Notes: a model not told the origin generated them from the letters alone. A stretch of 64,000 nucleotides of DNA from an uncultured Dorea sp. (GCA_947645355.1 CANSCI010000001.1:13638-77637); one strand, 5' to 3'; numbered from the stretch's first letter, positions 17,919-29,114 are shown. Program-made: numbers and translations.

Positions 17919-19390
17919 AGCATTCAATCAAACGTCAAATGATCGTACTGTTTCTGGGAATGATTATATTTGTGTTTCTTGTGCTCTTCATCATTAATGC
18001 CAATTATCTGGAGCCATATTATATCAGCAACAAAGAGGCCAGGTTTATTAAGATGTATGAACAGCTGAACACGGCAATATCGGAGGGTACTATTGATGAT
18101 CCGGAGGTGTCAGGTGCGCTTAGGATCCACGCGGAGAGGAATAATATTCTGTTCCTTGTTATTGACGACGCCAGTGTAGACGGCGTGAGCGGGATTACAA
18201 ATGTGCATGATACCGGACTCTTAAGGAATCAATTGATCGGCTATCTTCTGGACCAGGCGCAGAAGGACAGCAAGATCCTGGAAAGTACAGGGAATTATCA
18301 GATCAGCCAGTCCAGGGATCCGTGGACACAGGCGGATTATATTGAGATGTGGGGAACCCTTGACAACGGCAGCTATTTTCTGATCCGGAGCCCTCTTGAG
18401 AGCATACAGGAGAGTGTGCTTTTGTCCAATCGTTTTTTGCTCTATATCGGGTGTGCGGCAATTGTGATCTGTATCCTTCTTGTGTGGTATTTTTCCAAAA
18501 GACTGGCAGATCCCATCCGCGAACTGGCAGTCTTGTCGGATCGGATGGCGGATCTGGATTTTGATGCGCGCTATACCAGCGGGGGAACCAATGAGATCGG
18601 TGAACTGGGAGCGAACTTTAACCGGATGTCGGAAAAGCTTGAGCATACGATATCCGAGCTTAAGGGCGCCAACAACAATTTGCAGAAGGACATTGAACGC
18701 AAAGAAAGATCGGAGCGTATGCGCAGTGAGTTCCTTGGGAACGTATCCCATGAGCTGAAAACGCCGATCGCACTGATCCAGGGGTATGCAGAAGGTCTGA
18801 AGGAGGGAGTGGCTGCAGATCCGGAGAGTATGGAGTTTTACTGTGACGTGATCGCGGATGAGGCAGATAAAATGAACCGGATGGTGAAAAACCTTCTGAC
18901 CTTGAACCAGCTGGAATTCGGAGATGAGGATATTGTATTTGAGCGTTTTGACCTCGCCGCTGTGATCCGGGAGGTGCTTAAGAGCATGGAGATCCTGGCG
19001 AAGCAGAGCGGGGCACAGGTTATTTTCCGTCAGGAGGGACCGGTGTATGTGTGGGCGGACGAATATAAGGCGGAACAGGTGATACGAAATTATGTGAGCA
19101 ACGCTTTCCATCATCTGGACGGAAAACGAGTGGTGGAAGTGAAGATACAGGTAGAGAAGGACAGGGCAAAAACAACGGTATTTAATACCGGGGTGCCGAT
19201 TCCCAAGGAGGATGTTCCCCGTATCTGGGACAAATTCTATAAAGTAGATAAAGCGCATACCAGAGAATACGGCGGAAACGGAATCGGCCTTTCTATCGTA
19301 AAAGCAATTCTGGAATCTCTTCATCAGGAATACGGGGTAAATAATTATGACAATGGTGTTGAATTCTGGTTTACACTTGATGTAAAATAG
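17915..19390 (+). CDS. HAMP-domain sensor histidine kinase
   Basis: Two TM helices, HAMP domain, VSHELKTPI, N box, KFYKVDKA, GGNGIGLSIVK. Confidence 0.95.
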   Translation: MKHSIKRQMIVLFLGMIIFVFLVLFIINANYLEPYYISNKEARFIKMYEQLNTAISEGTIDDPEVSGALRIHAERNNILFLVIDDASVDGVSGITNVHDTGLLRNQLIGYLLDQAQKDSKILESTGNYQISQSRDPWTQADYIEMWGTLDNGSYFLIRSPLESIQESVLLSNRFLLYIGCAAIVICILLVWYFSKRLADPIRELAVLSDRMADLDFDARYTSGGTNEIGELGANFNRMSEKLEHTISELKGANNNLQKDIERKERSERMRSEFLGNVSHELKTPIALIQGYAEGLKEGVAADPESMEFYCDVIADEADKMNRMVKNLLTLNQLEFGDEDIVFERFDLAAVIREVLKSMEILAKQSGAQVIFRQEGPVYVWADEYKAEQVIRNYVSNAFHHLDGKRVVEVKIQVEKDRAKTTVFNTGVPIPKEDVPRIWDKFYKVDKAHTREYGGNGIGLSIVKAILESLHQEYGVNNYDNGVEFWFTLDVK

Positions 19391-19426
19391 TTTCTATATG
19401 GCAGACGGAAGGGATGGTTCAGATAA

Positions 19427-20032
19427 ATGGTAGCTATTATTGATTATGATGCCGGAAATATAAAGAGTGTGGAGAAAGCAATGGTGCTTCTTGGTCAGGA
19501 GGTGAAAGTTACCAGAGACCCGGAGGCCATACGGAATGCGGACAAGGTAATCCTTCCGGGGGTGGGGTCTTTTGGGGACGCTATGTGGAAACTCCGTCAG
19601 TATGGACTTTGCGAGGTGATCCGTCAGGTTGTGGAGGACGGAACTCCGTTTCTTGGCATCTGCCTGGGACTGCAGCTGCTGTTTGAGAGAAGTGATGAGG
19701 CGCCGGGGGTAGCAGGTCTGGGAATCCTGAAGGGAGAGATCCTGCGTATACCGGATGCCCCCGGGCTTAAGATCCCGCATATGGGATGGAATTCGCTGGA
19801 ATTCCCCAATAAGGGAAGGTTATTTCGAGGACTTGGTCAGGAGCCTTATGTCTATTTTGTACATTCCTATTATCTGAAGGCGGAGGATGAGAGGATCGTG
19901 ACTGCAGCTTCCGAGTATGGTACGCGGATCCATGCATCCGTAGAGAAAGGTCAGGTGTTTGCCTGCCAGTTCCATCCGGAGAAAAGCGGAGATACAGGCA
20001 TTCAGATCCTGAAAAATTTTGTGGAGCTTTAG
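19427..20032 (+). CDS. hisH: Imidazole glycerol phosphate synthase, glutaminase subunit
   Basis: [33 protein letters not shown]. Confidence 0.97.
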   Translation: MVAIIDYDAGNIKSVEKAMVLLGQEVKVTRDPEAIRNADKVILPGVGSFGDAMWKLRQYGLCEVIRQVVEDGTPFLGICLGLQLLFERSDEAPGVAGLGILKGEILRIPDAPGLKIPHMGWNSLEFPNKGRLFRGLGQEPYVYFVHSYYLKAEDERIVTAASEYGTRIHASVEKGQVFACQFHPEKSGDTGIQILKNFVEL

Positions 20033-20046
20033 ACGGAGGAGGGCAT

Positions 20047-20808
20047 ATGCATACAAAGAGGATTATTCCTTGTCTGGACGTTCATAACGGGCGTGTGGTA
20101 AAGGGCGTGAATTTTGTGAATCTAAAAGATGCCGGTGACCCGGTGGAGATTGGGAAGGCTTATGATAAAGCAGGTGCAGATGAGCTTGTTTTTTTGGATA
20201 TTACTGCGTCCTCCGATGCCAGACAGACCGTTGTGGATATGGTGCGGAAGGTGGCAGAGAATGTATTTATTCCATTTACGGTAGGCGGAGGGATCCGGAC
20301 GGTCGAGGACTTTAAGGCTCTTCTGAGGGAAGGTGCGGACAAAATTTCCATCAATTCATCCGCTGTTAATAACCCGCAGTTGATCTCGGAAGCGGCGGAC
20401 AAATTCGGCAGTCAGTGCGTGGTTGTAGCCATTGATGCAAAAAAACGTCCGGACGGAAGTGGATGGAACATATATAAAAACGGCGGGCGCATGGATGTGG
20501 GGATTGATGCGGTTCAGTGGGCCGCAAGAGTGGAAAAGCTCGGCGCAGGAGAGATCCTTCTGACCAGCATGGACGGAGACGGAACAAAAGCAGGGTATGA
20601 TTTGGAGCTTACAAGAGCCATCGCAGAGACTGTGTCCATACCGGTGATCGCCTCGGGCGGAGCCGGGACGCTGGAGCATTTTTATGAAGCTTTGACGGCG
20701 GGAAAAGCGGATGCCGCCCTTGCAGCATCTTTGTTCCATTACAAAGAACTGGAGATCAGAGAGGTGAAAGAGTACCTCAGGGAAAGAGGCGTGTCTGTAA
20801 GACTGTGA
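20047..20808 (+). CDS. hisF: Imidazole glycerol phosphate synthase, cyclase subunit
   Basis: [44 protein letters not shown]. Confidence 0.97.
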   Translation: MHTKRIIPCLDVHNGRVVKGVNFVNLKDAGDPVEIGKAYDKAGADELVFLDITASSDARQTVVDMVRKVAENVFIPFTVGGGIRTVEDFKALLREGADKISINSSAVNNPQLISEAADKFGSQCVVVAIDAKKRPDGSGWNIYKNGGRMDVGIDAVQWAARVEKLGAGEILLTSMDGDGTKAGYDLELTRAIAETVSIPVIASGGAGTLEHFYEALTAGKADAALAASLFHYKELEIREVKEYLRERGVSVRL

Positions 20809-20918
20809 CCGGAAGATACAGATCAGAACAGGAGGATACTGGTCAATACAAATCAGATAAATGTGCAGTAATGCTGCAGGGATAAATGAGATACAGGAAG
20901 AGAAAGGATGGGAGTGCT

Positions 20919-21587
20919 ATGGCTGCGATACAAAATGACTGGCTGGATGCCCTGAAGGACGAATTTCGGAAACCATACTATAAGAAGCTGTTTGAGACCG
21001 TGAACCAGGAGTATAAGACAAGGCTGATCTTTCCGCCTGCAGATGATATATTCAATGCATTTCATCTGACACCATTAAGTAAGGTAAAGGTGGTGATCCT
21101 GGGGCAGGATCCGTACCACAACAATGGGCAGGCTCACGGGCTGTGCTTCTCGGTAAAAAAAGGGGTGGACGTTCCACCGTCGCTGGTGAATATCTATCAG
21201 GAACTCCATGACGACCTGGGCTGTACGATTCCAGATCACGGGTATCTCACCAAGTGGGCAGAGCAGGGCGTGCTGATGTTGAATACCGTGCTGACGGTGC
21301 GGGCGCATCAGGCCAATTCTCACAGGGGAATCGGATGGGAAGAGTTTACCGATGCTGCCATTCTGGCGCTTAACAGCCAGGATCGGCCGATTGTATTTAT
21401 CCTGTGGGGCGCTCCGGCGCAGCGTAAGGAGAAGATGCTGACCAATCCCAATCATTTGATCCTGAAGGCTCCGCATCCAAGTCCGCTTTCGGCGTACCGG
21501 GGATTTTTCGGGAGTAAGCCGTTTAGTAAGACCAATGCATTCCTTGAGGAGCACGGGGTAGAACCTGTAGACTGGCAGATTGAGTAA
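20919..21587 (+). CDS. ung: Uracil-DNA glycosylase
   Basis: GQDPYH, GLCFS, PPSL.NI, HPSPLS. Confidence 0.97.
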   Translation: MAAIQNDWLDALKDEFRKPYYKKLFETVNQEYKTRLIFPPADDIFNAFHLTPLSKVKVVILGQDPYHNNGQAHGLCFSVKKGVDVPPSLVNIYQELHDDLGCTIPDHGYLTKWAEQGVLMLNTVLTVRAHQANSHRGIGWEEFTDAAILALNSQDRPIVFILWGAPAQRKEKMLTNPNHLILKAPHPSPLSAYRGFFGSKPFSKTNAFLEEHGVEPVDWQIE

Positions 21588-21704
21588 GAAAATCAATCAA
21601 ATATCGCAAAAAGATATAAATTGACTTTTTAATCATATTTTGATAGAGTGGAAGAGGTTTTAATAATATAGGTCTGATATACATGTCATGGTAGAGGTGA
21701 AAAA

Positions 21705-22262
21705 GTGAACGATATACAGAAAATAGGTTTTAGTGTGAGAGCGCACAGGTTAGATCGGGGGATGACCTTGCAGCAGCTCTCCGATGCCACAGGGTTATCC
21801 ATAGGATATCTGAGCAATCTTGAGCACAATACCAACAGTCCTACGCTGGCCAATATTCAGAGGATTTGTGATGCGCTTGATATTTCTTTTTACAGCCTGC
21901 TGGAAAGAAATGAGGAGAAGAGTATTATTGTTCGCAGCAATGAACGGGAAAAACTTATCAGTGAAGATAGCAATATGATACTGGAAAATATTGATTTTGG
22001 ACTGGAGAATGAATCTTTCCTTTATATGACAGTTGAACCGGGAGGGATTGATGAAGGGCTGTGCTGGACCCATGAGTACGATGAGGTGGGAACTGTATTT
22101 CAAGGACGTTTGGTGCTGGAGCTTGATAATCAGACCTTCGAACTGGAGGAAGGGGACACGATTATCATCAAGGCGCATACAAGGCACAGCTATTATAATA
22201 CAGGAGATATAAGCTGCATTTCCTATTGGACAAGATGTAAAAAAACGACAAATGAAGGATAA
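21705..22262 (+). CDS. XRE-HTH/cupin regulator (PuuR-like)
   Basis: TLQQLSDATGLSIGYLSNLEHN..SPTL HTH and cupin HEYDE...LEEGD...H. Confidence 0.9.
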   Translation: MNDIQKIGFSVRAHRLDRGMTLQQLSDATGLSIGYLSNLEHNTNSPTLANIQRICDALDISFYSLLERNEEKSIIVRSNEREKLISEDSNMILENIDFGLENESFLYMTVEPGGIDEGLCWTHEYDEVGTVFQGRLVLELDNQTFELEEGDTIIIKAHTRHSYYNTGDISCISYWTRCKKTTNEG

Positions 22263-22263
22263 T

Positions 22264-22326
22264 GACTGGCGCAAAGGCCTGCCTGCCGCGGGCATTGAGG
22301 CTTTTGCGCCAGTCTTGTATTTTTTT
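22264..22326. terminator. Terminator between convergent genes
   Basis: gactggcgcaaaggcct...aggcttttgcgccagtc followed by a T run. Confidence 0.7.
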
Positions 22327-22560
22327 ATTTTACGATTGCACCTGACTTGATTACTTTGTCAATCTTATTTTTCAGAACAGAGATATCTTTTAACGGATCT
22401 CCGTCGACAATAACAAGGTCGGCATATTTCCCGGTCTTTATAGTGCCATAGTCGTCAGCTTTTCCTATGATGACAGCACTGTTAATGGTTGCTTGGCGGA
22501 TAATGTCGATTTCGTCCATATTCCAGAATTTCTTGCGGAGCATAAATTCATCGCTTCCGG
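22325..22560 (-). pseudogene. C-terminal relic of a third amidohydrolase
   Basis: IIRQATINSAVIIG....GTIKTGKYADLVIVDGDPLKDISVL...VIKSG. The metal-binding TIM barrel is absent. Confidence 0.8.
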
Positions 22561-22624
22561 TAACGGTAGAAGAGATAAAGATATTGAAGAGTACAAATTT
22601 TTTCACGATTTAGCGCAGCTGCTG

Positions 22625-22672
22625 AAAAAAAGAAGGTGCCAAAAAGTCGTTTCATGACTTTTGGGCACCTTC
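22625..22672 (-). terminator. Intrinsic terminator of the minus-strand amidohydrolase
   Basis: gaaggtgccaaaaagtc / gacttttgggcaccttc stem with an A7 run on the left (T7 on the minus strand). Confidence 0.75.
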
Positions 22673-22685
22673 ACTTTTATGAGAA

Positions 22686-23867
22686 TCAGTTCTTTACTGT
22701 CTGTCCGCCCTTTAAGACTAAGGAAATATCCTCCAGTGCATTGATGTCCTTGTCGGGTTCGCCCCGTACAGCTAAAATATTAGCCTTTTTGCCGACTGCC
22801 AGTGTACCTACAGTGTCGTCGATCTGAAGAATCTCGGCATTGTTCTTTGTAGCCTGGATCAGGCACTCCAATGGGGTGAATTCCAGATCATTTACACGTG
22901 CGCGGAATTCGTAGATGCCATTGCCGTGACTTCCCACATAAACGCCTGCGTCAGTACCCCACCCGAGTTTTACTCCGGCTTTGTTGGCAGCACGCATGGA
23001 CTCCAGCAGGCTGCTGAAAAGCCTTTTTGCTTTTTCAACATAATGAGCCGGCTTATCCTCGGAGAACTCTAAAAAGTTCTTCATCGGTGAAATGGTCGGG
23101 ATCGGGAAGGATTTGTCTGTGGCAAGGTACATGCGGATGCATTCATCGTCCATGATGGAAGAATGTTCGATTGTTCTTACACCGGCGCGGATTGCTATTT
23201 TGACGCCCTTTGCCCCATGGCAATGCACAGCTACCGGGCGGTTGACATAATCAGCAGCCTCACATACAGCCCTCATTTCATCCTCCATAATGATCGGCGC
23301 TCCCGGATCTCCTCCCGGATTCATGACAGCGCCTGTGGCCATGACCTTGATCCAGTCGGCGCCGGCCTGGTACTGTGTGCGGACTGCCTTGCGAAATTCC
23401 ATAGGAGAATCTGCTTCGAGATACATAGTGCCGAAGAAGTCATTCCCGCTCTCCGTAGGGGAGATGATCTTTCCGCTTGCCAGAATATCCGGAGCCATCA
23501 CCAGACCCTGGGATACGGCGCTTGCCAGGGAGATTACAATGTCATTTCTGTCCCCAAGGTCTCTCACCGTTGTATAACCTTTGTGAAGATTATCCATTGC
23601 AAGCCTTAATGCGCGTACTACACGGAAGGAATCCGGCTGTACATTTTCTTCAAAGGTATCCATTCCACACAGATCCAGATGCACATGTGCATCAATCAGA
23701 CCGGGCATAACCGTACTGTCAGTCATGTCAAAGACAGTCTCGCCCTTTGCCGTTTTTGCCGGGACAATCTCTGCGATCTTGTCATTTTCAATAACAAGGT
23801 CGGCCCGGCTGCCGTTAAAGTCTGGAGTCAATTCAGGTATTACTCGTGCGTTTCTTAGTACAATCAT
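22686..23867 (-). CDS. Metal-dependent amidohydrolase (prolidase-like / Xaa-Pro dipeptidase group)
   Basis: PGLIDAHVH, GYTTVRDLG, GADWIKVMATG, AVHCHG, IEHSS, GTDAG. Confidence 0.9.
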   Translation of the reverse strand: MIVLRNARVIPELTPDFNGSRADLVIENDKIAEIVPAKTAKGETVFDMTDSTVMPGLIDAHVHLDLCGMDTFEENVQPDSFRVVRALRLAMDNLHKGYTTVRDLGDRNDIVISLASAVSQGLVMAPDILASGKIISPTESGNDFFGTMYLEADSPMEFRKAVRTQYQAGADWIKVMATGAVMNPGGDPGAPIIMEDEMRAVCEAADYVNRPVAVHCHGAKGVKIAIRAGVRTIEHSSIMDDECIRMYLATDKSFPIPTISPMKNFLEFSEDKPAHYVEKAKRLFSSLLESMRAANKAGVKLGWGTDAGVYVGSHGNGIYEFRARVNDLEFTPLECLIQATKNNAEILQIDDTVGTLAVGKKANILAVRGEPDKDINALEDISLVLKGGQTVKN

Positions 23868-24058
23868 TTTTAGTCATCCTTTCTTTAATAGTTGAAAAAC
23901 CAAAACACTTATTATAGTTGTATTATGATTATTTCTTCTTTGAATGTCAATAAGAATGGGGAAAATATACAATATAATTTCATAAGCATAAAAATATATT
24001 TACATTTTTCACAATTATGATATAATATTAACGAGATTATGAAACGGGTGGTGATAAA

Positions 24059-25327
24059 ATGAAAAAGTCACAGTTAATTTTTTGTGGAAAGCTGTTTGAC
24101 GGGATCCATGAAGAATTGATGCCGGATATGGAGATCCTGGTGGAAGGCAGCCAGATTACGGCAGTGGGCAGAAATCTTTCCAGACCGAAGGATGTGGAAA
24201 TCATCGACTTAAAGCATTTGACGGTGACACCGGGGATGATTGACGCCCATGTCCACGGCAATCTGATGCGCTGGCAGGAGACAGATCAGATCCTGTATCA
24301 GTCAGAAGGTTACAGCACGCTTGCATTTCTCCATACGGCAGAGCGTTGTCTGGAAAGGGGGTTTACGACAATCAGGTGCAACGGGATGGGTCCGGCCGGT
24401 TACGGAATCGTGGATGCGAAGAATGTAATAGACAGAGGATTATTCCCTGCGGCCAGGATGAATGTCGGCGCTCATATGCTTGGAGGACCGGGGATGCCCG
24501 GAGACATGAGCATGTATGCGTGCACAAATGAACCACTTTCAGATCTTGCACAGATAAAAACCATCGGGAGCGGCAGAGATTTTTTCCGGAATCAGGTTCG
24601 CAGAGAAGTGAAGTACGGCACGGATTTTATCAAGATTTTCCTGTCAGGCAGCTTCTTAAGTCCGGATGGAGGACCGGAGATCAGTTATCTGGATGACGAA
24701 GAGCTTCAGATCATCATTCAGACGGCGCATGATCTGGGCAAGCCGGTCACAGCACATGTGTATCCGCCGCGCATGATGAAAAAACTGCTGGAATTTGGAA
24801 TCGACGGGATGGAACATGGGGCGCTCATGGATGAAGAGACCGCAGCTGTTTTTGAAAAGCAGGATACTTATCTGGTGCCGACATTTTCACCGTTCCAGGA
24901 CGTAATTGAGGGAAATGACGATCTGGTGGACAAGAATACGGCGGACAGTCAGATGAAGCTGAGAAAATTTGCCCCGCGGCTGAAAGAGAGCCGACAGATT
25001 ATCTGCGGCAGCAATATCAGGCTGGGATTCGGATCAGATTTCTGTGCGGTTCATCAGGCCTATGAGAGCTGGTATGAATACCGGAGCTGGATCCGTTCAG
25101 GCATGGATCCGTTCAGGACGCTGAAGGCCGCTACCAGTGTCAATGCAGGGATCCTGAAGATGGATCATCTGATCGGGACGGTTGAGCCGGGGAAACTGGC
25201 GGATCTTGCAGGATGGCACAGAGATCTTTTGAATGACTGTGATGCATTGAGTGAATGTGATTTTGTCATGAAAGACGGGAAGGTGTATACCACAGATCAT
25301 ATTGTGATTGACGGTTACTCCCGGTAA
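24059..25327 (+). CDS. Metal-dependent amidohydrolase (prolidase-like group)
   Basis: PGMIDAHVH, GFTTIR, GTDFIKIFLSG, TAHVY, MEHG, GSDF. Confidence 0.9.
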   Translation: MKKSQLIFCGKLFDGIHEELMPDMEILVEGSQITAVGRNLSRPKDVEIIDLKHLTVTPGMIDAHVHGNLMRWQETDQILYQSEGYSTLAFLHTAERCLERGFTTIRCNGMGPAGYGIVDAKNVIDRGLFPAARMNVGAHMLGGPGMPGDMSMYACTNEPLSDLAQIKTIGSGRDFFRNQVRREVKYGTDFIKIFLSGSFLSPDGGPEISYLDDEELQIIIQTAHDLGKPVTAHVYPPRMMKKLLEFGIDGMEHGALMDEETAAVFEKQDTYLVPTFSPFQDVIEGNDDLVDKNTADSQMKLRKFAPRLKESRQIICGSNIRLGFGSDFCAVHQAYESWYEYRSWIRSGMDPFRTLKAATSVNAGILKMDHLIGTVEPGKLADLAGWHRDLLNDCDALSECDFVMKDGKVYTTDHIVIDGYSR

Positions 25328-25374
25328 TGCAAAGGAGAAAAGAAGATAAAGGATACGAACAGGAGGATGAAAAA

Positions 25375-26658
25375 ATGGATAATGGTGGATACAAAAAGAA
25401 TAGAGGGCTTATTTTGCTGATAGCCCTGGCAGGTATGTCGGCTTATCTTTTGCCTTATTTCAGAGGGTATTATTACGATGCATATCTGGCATATTTTGGG
25501 ATTACGGATTTCCAGATGGGTGTGCTGGGAAGCGCCTATGGAGCACTCACACTTGTAGGTTACTGTCTGGGCGGATGGGTAGCTGACCGGGCTCCGCTTA
25601 AGATCGTTGTTCCGGGGTCTCTCATCGTTACCGGCGCAGTAGGCCTGATCCTGCTTACAAAGCCGGCGTTTCCGATTCATGTTGCAGTTTACTGTATCTG
25701 GGGACTTACAACAATCCTTACCTTCTGGAATCCGCTGATGAAAGTGCTTCGTGCCCTGAACCATGCAGATGAGCAGGCAAGAGGATATGCTTTGTTTGAT
25801 ATGGGGCGCGGTGTTTTGAACTTTGCGTCAGGTATCGCAATTATGGCAGGATTTACAGCTGCATGCAGAGCTGTCGGGGACGCAAACGGTATGTCCGGGC
25901 TTATCATTTTCTATTGCCTGGAAGCAATCATTGTAGGTGTGATCTGCTATTTTGCACTGAGAAATAAGCTTCCGGATTTCAAGAAAGAGGCGAAAGAAAA
26001 GAACAGCAATTTCGGAAAAGAGGTGCTGCGTGCACTGAAGATGCCTACGACATGGATGCTCGTAATTATTATGTTCACCACTTACGGCGTTATTGTAAGT
26101 TACCCTTATGTTGTTCCGTATTGTACGGCTGCATTTGGAATGTCGGCGGCTCTCGCGGGCATTATGGGATATGCAGCGCAGGCTTTCCGTTTTGCAGGAT
26201 GCTGGATCGGCGGGCAGATTGCAGACCGTAAGGGTCTTTCTGCTATGATGCTTGCAGATATCGCCCTTATGGCAATCGGTGTTCTGGGGCTTCTGGTTAC
26301 ACCGAAGTCTATGGCATTTATGTGGATGCTGGTTGTAAGTATCGGAATTCTCTGTATGTTTATGTATTCTGCACAGGCGCTTCATTATGCGATTATGGAA
26401 GAAGGAGAATATCCGTTGGAAGTAATGGGAGCTGCAACGTTTATTATCACTCCACTCGGCTACGGTGCAGAAAGTATTATGCCGATGTTCAATGGATGGT
26501 GTCTGTCTCATTTTGAGGGCATTTCAGGCTACCGCTATATGTTTGTAGGATATATTATCCTTCTCGCAATCGGCGCAGCGGCTTGTCTGATATTCAGAAG
26601 TCTTACAAAGGAACGCCGCCAGAAACTGGCAGAGATGCGCAAAGCAGAGGCGAAGTAA
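25375..26658 (+). CDS. MFS transporter (probable uptake)
   Basis: YLLPYFR..YYD, GGWVADR, GGQIADRKG, about 12 TM helices. RBS aggagg before ATG 25375. Confidence 0.88.
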   Translation: MDNGGYKKNRGLILLIALAGMSAYLLPYFRGYYYDAYLAYFGITDFQMGVLGSAYGALTLVGYCLGGWVADRAPLKIVVPGSLIVTGAVGLILLTKPAFPIHVAVYCIWGLTTILTFWNPLMKVLRALNHADEQARGYALFDMGRGVLNFASGIAIMAGFTAACRAVGDANGMSGLIIFYCLEAIIVGVICYFALRNKLPDFKKEAKEKNSNFGKEVLRALKMPTTWMLVIIMFTTYGVIVSYPYVVPYCTAAFGMSAALAGIMGYAAQAFRFAGCWIGGQIADRKGLSAMMLADIALMAIGVLGLLVTPKSMAFMWMLVVSIGILCMFMYSAQALHYAIMEEGEYPLEVMGAATFIITPLGYGAESIMPMFNGWCLSHFEGISGYRYMFVGYIILLAIGAAACLIFRSLTKERRQKLAEMRKAEAK

Positions 26659-26778
26659 GCTGGCCTAATATTATACTGCGGCACACGATGATTTGTCGAA
26701 TCTGGTGCTGGGAATTATAGGATATATGTATTATAATATATGGAAGAAATTATTTTTGAGTGAAAGGAAACAGAAGCT

Positions 26779-27864
26779 ATGATGAACAAACAAAGATTTG
26801 AACGGGTTGTGGAGAATATGAAAAAGGTAGGTCTCAGCCAGATCCTCGTGACAGACGACCCGTCTATATTCTATCTTACAGGCAGGATCGTAAATCCGAT
26901 GGAGCGCTGCGGTGCTATCCTGATCAAGGATAACGGAGATGTACATGCATTTATGAACAACCTTTTCTGTTTTGAAGAGATCGAGGGTATGACTATGCAC
27001 TATTATGCGGACGGCGAGAATCCGTATGCACTGATAGCAGCAGAGCTTAAGCCCGGTAAGGTGGGCTTTGATAAAAACTGGACGGCGAAGCATACGATTT
27101 CCGTTCTTCAGGAGAGAGACGATCTGATTCCGGTGATTGGTTCTGACTGCGTAGACTGGTGCAAGAGCCAGAAGGACGAGGAAGAGAAAGAACTTCTCCG
27201 TCAGGCTTCCAGAATCAATGATATGGCAGTGGAGTTCGGAATTAAGCATATTGATCCGAGCCTGGATGAAAAACAGCTTTCCGATATGATTGAAGAATTT
27301 TTTGAGGAGCACGGTGCCGCAAGAGATATTCAGCTGCAATATGTATGCTACGGAAAGAATGCGGCGGAGCCTCATCACGGTGCAGTGGCAGGAGAGAAGT
27401 TAAAAGAAGGAGACGCAGTGCTTTTCGACCTCTGGGCGCCTATCAATAATTACTGGTGCGATATGACACGTACTGTATTCTATAAGAGTGTCAGTGACGA
27501 GCACAGAAAGGTATATGAGATCGTAAAAGAGGCACAGCAGGCAGCCATTGATTTTGTAAAACCGGGTGTGAAGATGTGTGATATTGATGCTGTCGCACGT
27601 AAAGTTATCACGGATGCAGGATACGGCGATAAGTTCCTTACCCGTACCGGTCACGGAGTGGGCATGACTGTCCATGAGCCGCCGGAGGCAAGTGCATCCT
27701 GTGATCTGATCGCACAGCCGGGTATGTGCTTCTCTATCGAGCCTGGTATTTACCTGAAGGATGATGTAGGTGTGAGGATTGAAGATCTTGTGATCGTGAC
27801 AGAAGACGGGTGTGAAGTGTTGACAAAATACCCGAAGGATCTGCAGATTGTTGGAAATGACTAA
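26779..27864 (+). CDS. M24 family Xaa-Pro peptidase (aminopeptidase P/prolidase)
   Basis: Creatinase-like N-domain, PHH, D...YWCDMTRT, GHGVGMTVHE, SIEPGIY, VRIED. Confidence 0.92.
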   Translation: MMNKQRFERVVENMKKVGLSQILVTDDPSIFYLTGRIVNPMERCGAILIKDNGDVHAFMNNLFCFEEIEGMTMHYYADGENPYALIAAELKPGKVGFDKNWTAKHTISVLQERDDLIPVIGSDCVDWCKSQKDEEEKELLRQASRINDMAVEFGIKHIDPSLDEKQLSDMIEEFFEEHGAARDIQLQYVCYGKNAAEPHHGAVAGEKLKEGDAVLFDLWAPINNYWCDMTRTVFYKSVSDEHRKVYEIVKEAQQAAIDFVKPGVKMCDIDAVARKVITDAGYGDKFLTRTGHGVGMTVHEPPEASASCDLIAQPGMCFSIEPGIYLKDDVGVRIEDLVIVTEDGCEVLTKYPKDLQIVGND

Positions 27865-27873
27865 TTTAGAGGA

Positions 27874-27908
27874 GGGAGTGCCGTAGTTGTTTGCGGCACT
27901 CCCGTTTT
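27874..27908 (+). terminator. Intrinsic terminator
   Basis: gggagtgccgta-gttgtt-tgcggcactccc-gtttt. Confidence 0.75.
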
Positions 27909-27929
27909 GTATGGAGAAGGTTCTGAAAG

Positions 27930-29114
27930 TTATAGTGCCATTTTATAGATCTGATACATATCTTCTTCATATAAAACTTTTGCACTTCCTTTAGAACCGC
28001 CGACAGCCAGGGTGCAGCTCTTTGCCGTTTTGCGCAGCTGCTTATCCGTAGGGGTGATGCCCAGTTCTTTCATATTTATGGGCATACCGATAGAGTGATA
28101 AAAATTTTCTGTGGCTTCAATACCTCTGAGTGCGATTTATTCATCAGTTCCTTCTGATTTTACCTGCATAACATTTCTTGCGTAGCGTACAAATCTCGGC
28201 AGGGCGTTTTTATACACATATCTTGCCCAGCTGGGCCATATTGCTGCCAGACCTGCACCATGAGTTACATCGAACATTCCGCCCAGTTCATGCTCCAGCA
28301 TATGAGTAGCAAAATCTCCGCCGGCATTTCCGCAGCCTGTCAGGTCATTGTGGGCCAGAGAGCCGGCCCACATGATTTCTGCCCGGGCATTATAATCCAG
28401 GGGGCTGGTGTGAAGAAGTCTGGCATTTGAGATGACCGTGCGCAGAAGTCCCTCGGCAATCTCGTCTGTGATTTCCATATTTCCGCCGTTTGTAAAATAA
28501 CGTTCCATCGTATGCATCATAATATCCGTGCATCCGCTTTCTGTCTGATAATCGGGCAGGGACACTGTCAATGAAGGATTCATAATTGCAAATTTAGGCC
28601 GGGACAGGTTATCATCATAAGCACGTTTTTCTTTCGTTTTATCATTTGTAATGACTGCGCCCATGCTGGTTTCGCTTCCTGCCGCGGCTATTGTCAGTAC
28701 GGATGCTAAGGGGAGGCACTTTTGGGCGGTGCGGGTATGTTCAAAGAGCGTCCATACATCTTCTTCGGGTTCTGCAAGGCCATAGGCGATTGCCTTTGCT
28801 GTGTCGATAACGGAGCCGCCTCCGACCGCTAATATAAAATCTGCCTGTACTCTTTTTCCTAATTCAATTCCTTCATATACTTTAGAAAGAAGCGGGTTTG
28901 GAACGACTCCTCCTAACAATTCATAGGACAGGTCTGCTTCTATCACAGAGGACAGAATCTCATTCATCAGTCCATTTCCTATGACGCGTTCGCTGCCGTA
29001 CACAATCACTATTTTTGAACCTCCGTACTTTTTAATGTATTTTCCGGTTGTCCTGTGGGTATCCATTCCAAAAACGACTTCTGTCGGTGAATAAAAATTA
29101 AAATTATTTGCCAT
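27930..29114 (-). pseudogene. Iron-containing alcohol/butanol dehydrogenase (BdhA/YqhD-like) with a premature stop
   Basis: GGVVPNP, AVGGGSVIDTAK, AAAGSE, DIMMH..E.YF, HMLEHE..HGAGLA. TAA at 28137-28139, then the same frame continues IALRGIEATENFYHSIGMP...IYKMAL* to 27930. Confidence 0.85.

Noticed and set aside
19427-20808. hisH-hisF separated from the other his genes
   Set aside because: Split his operons are commonplace and both proteins look canonical.
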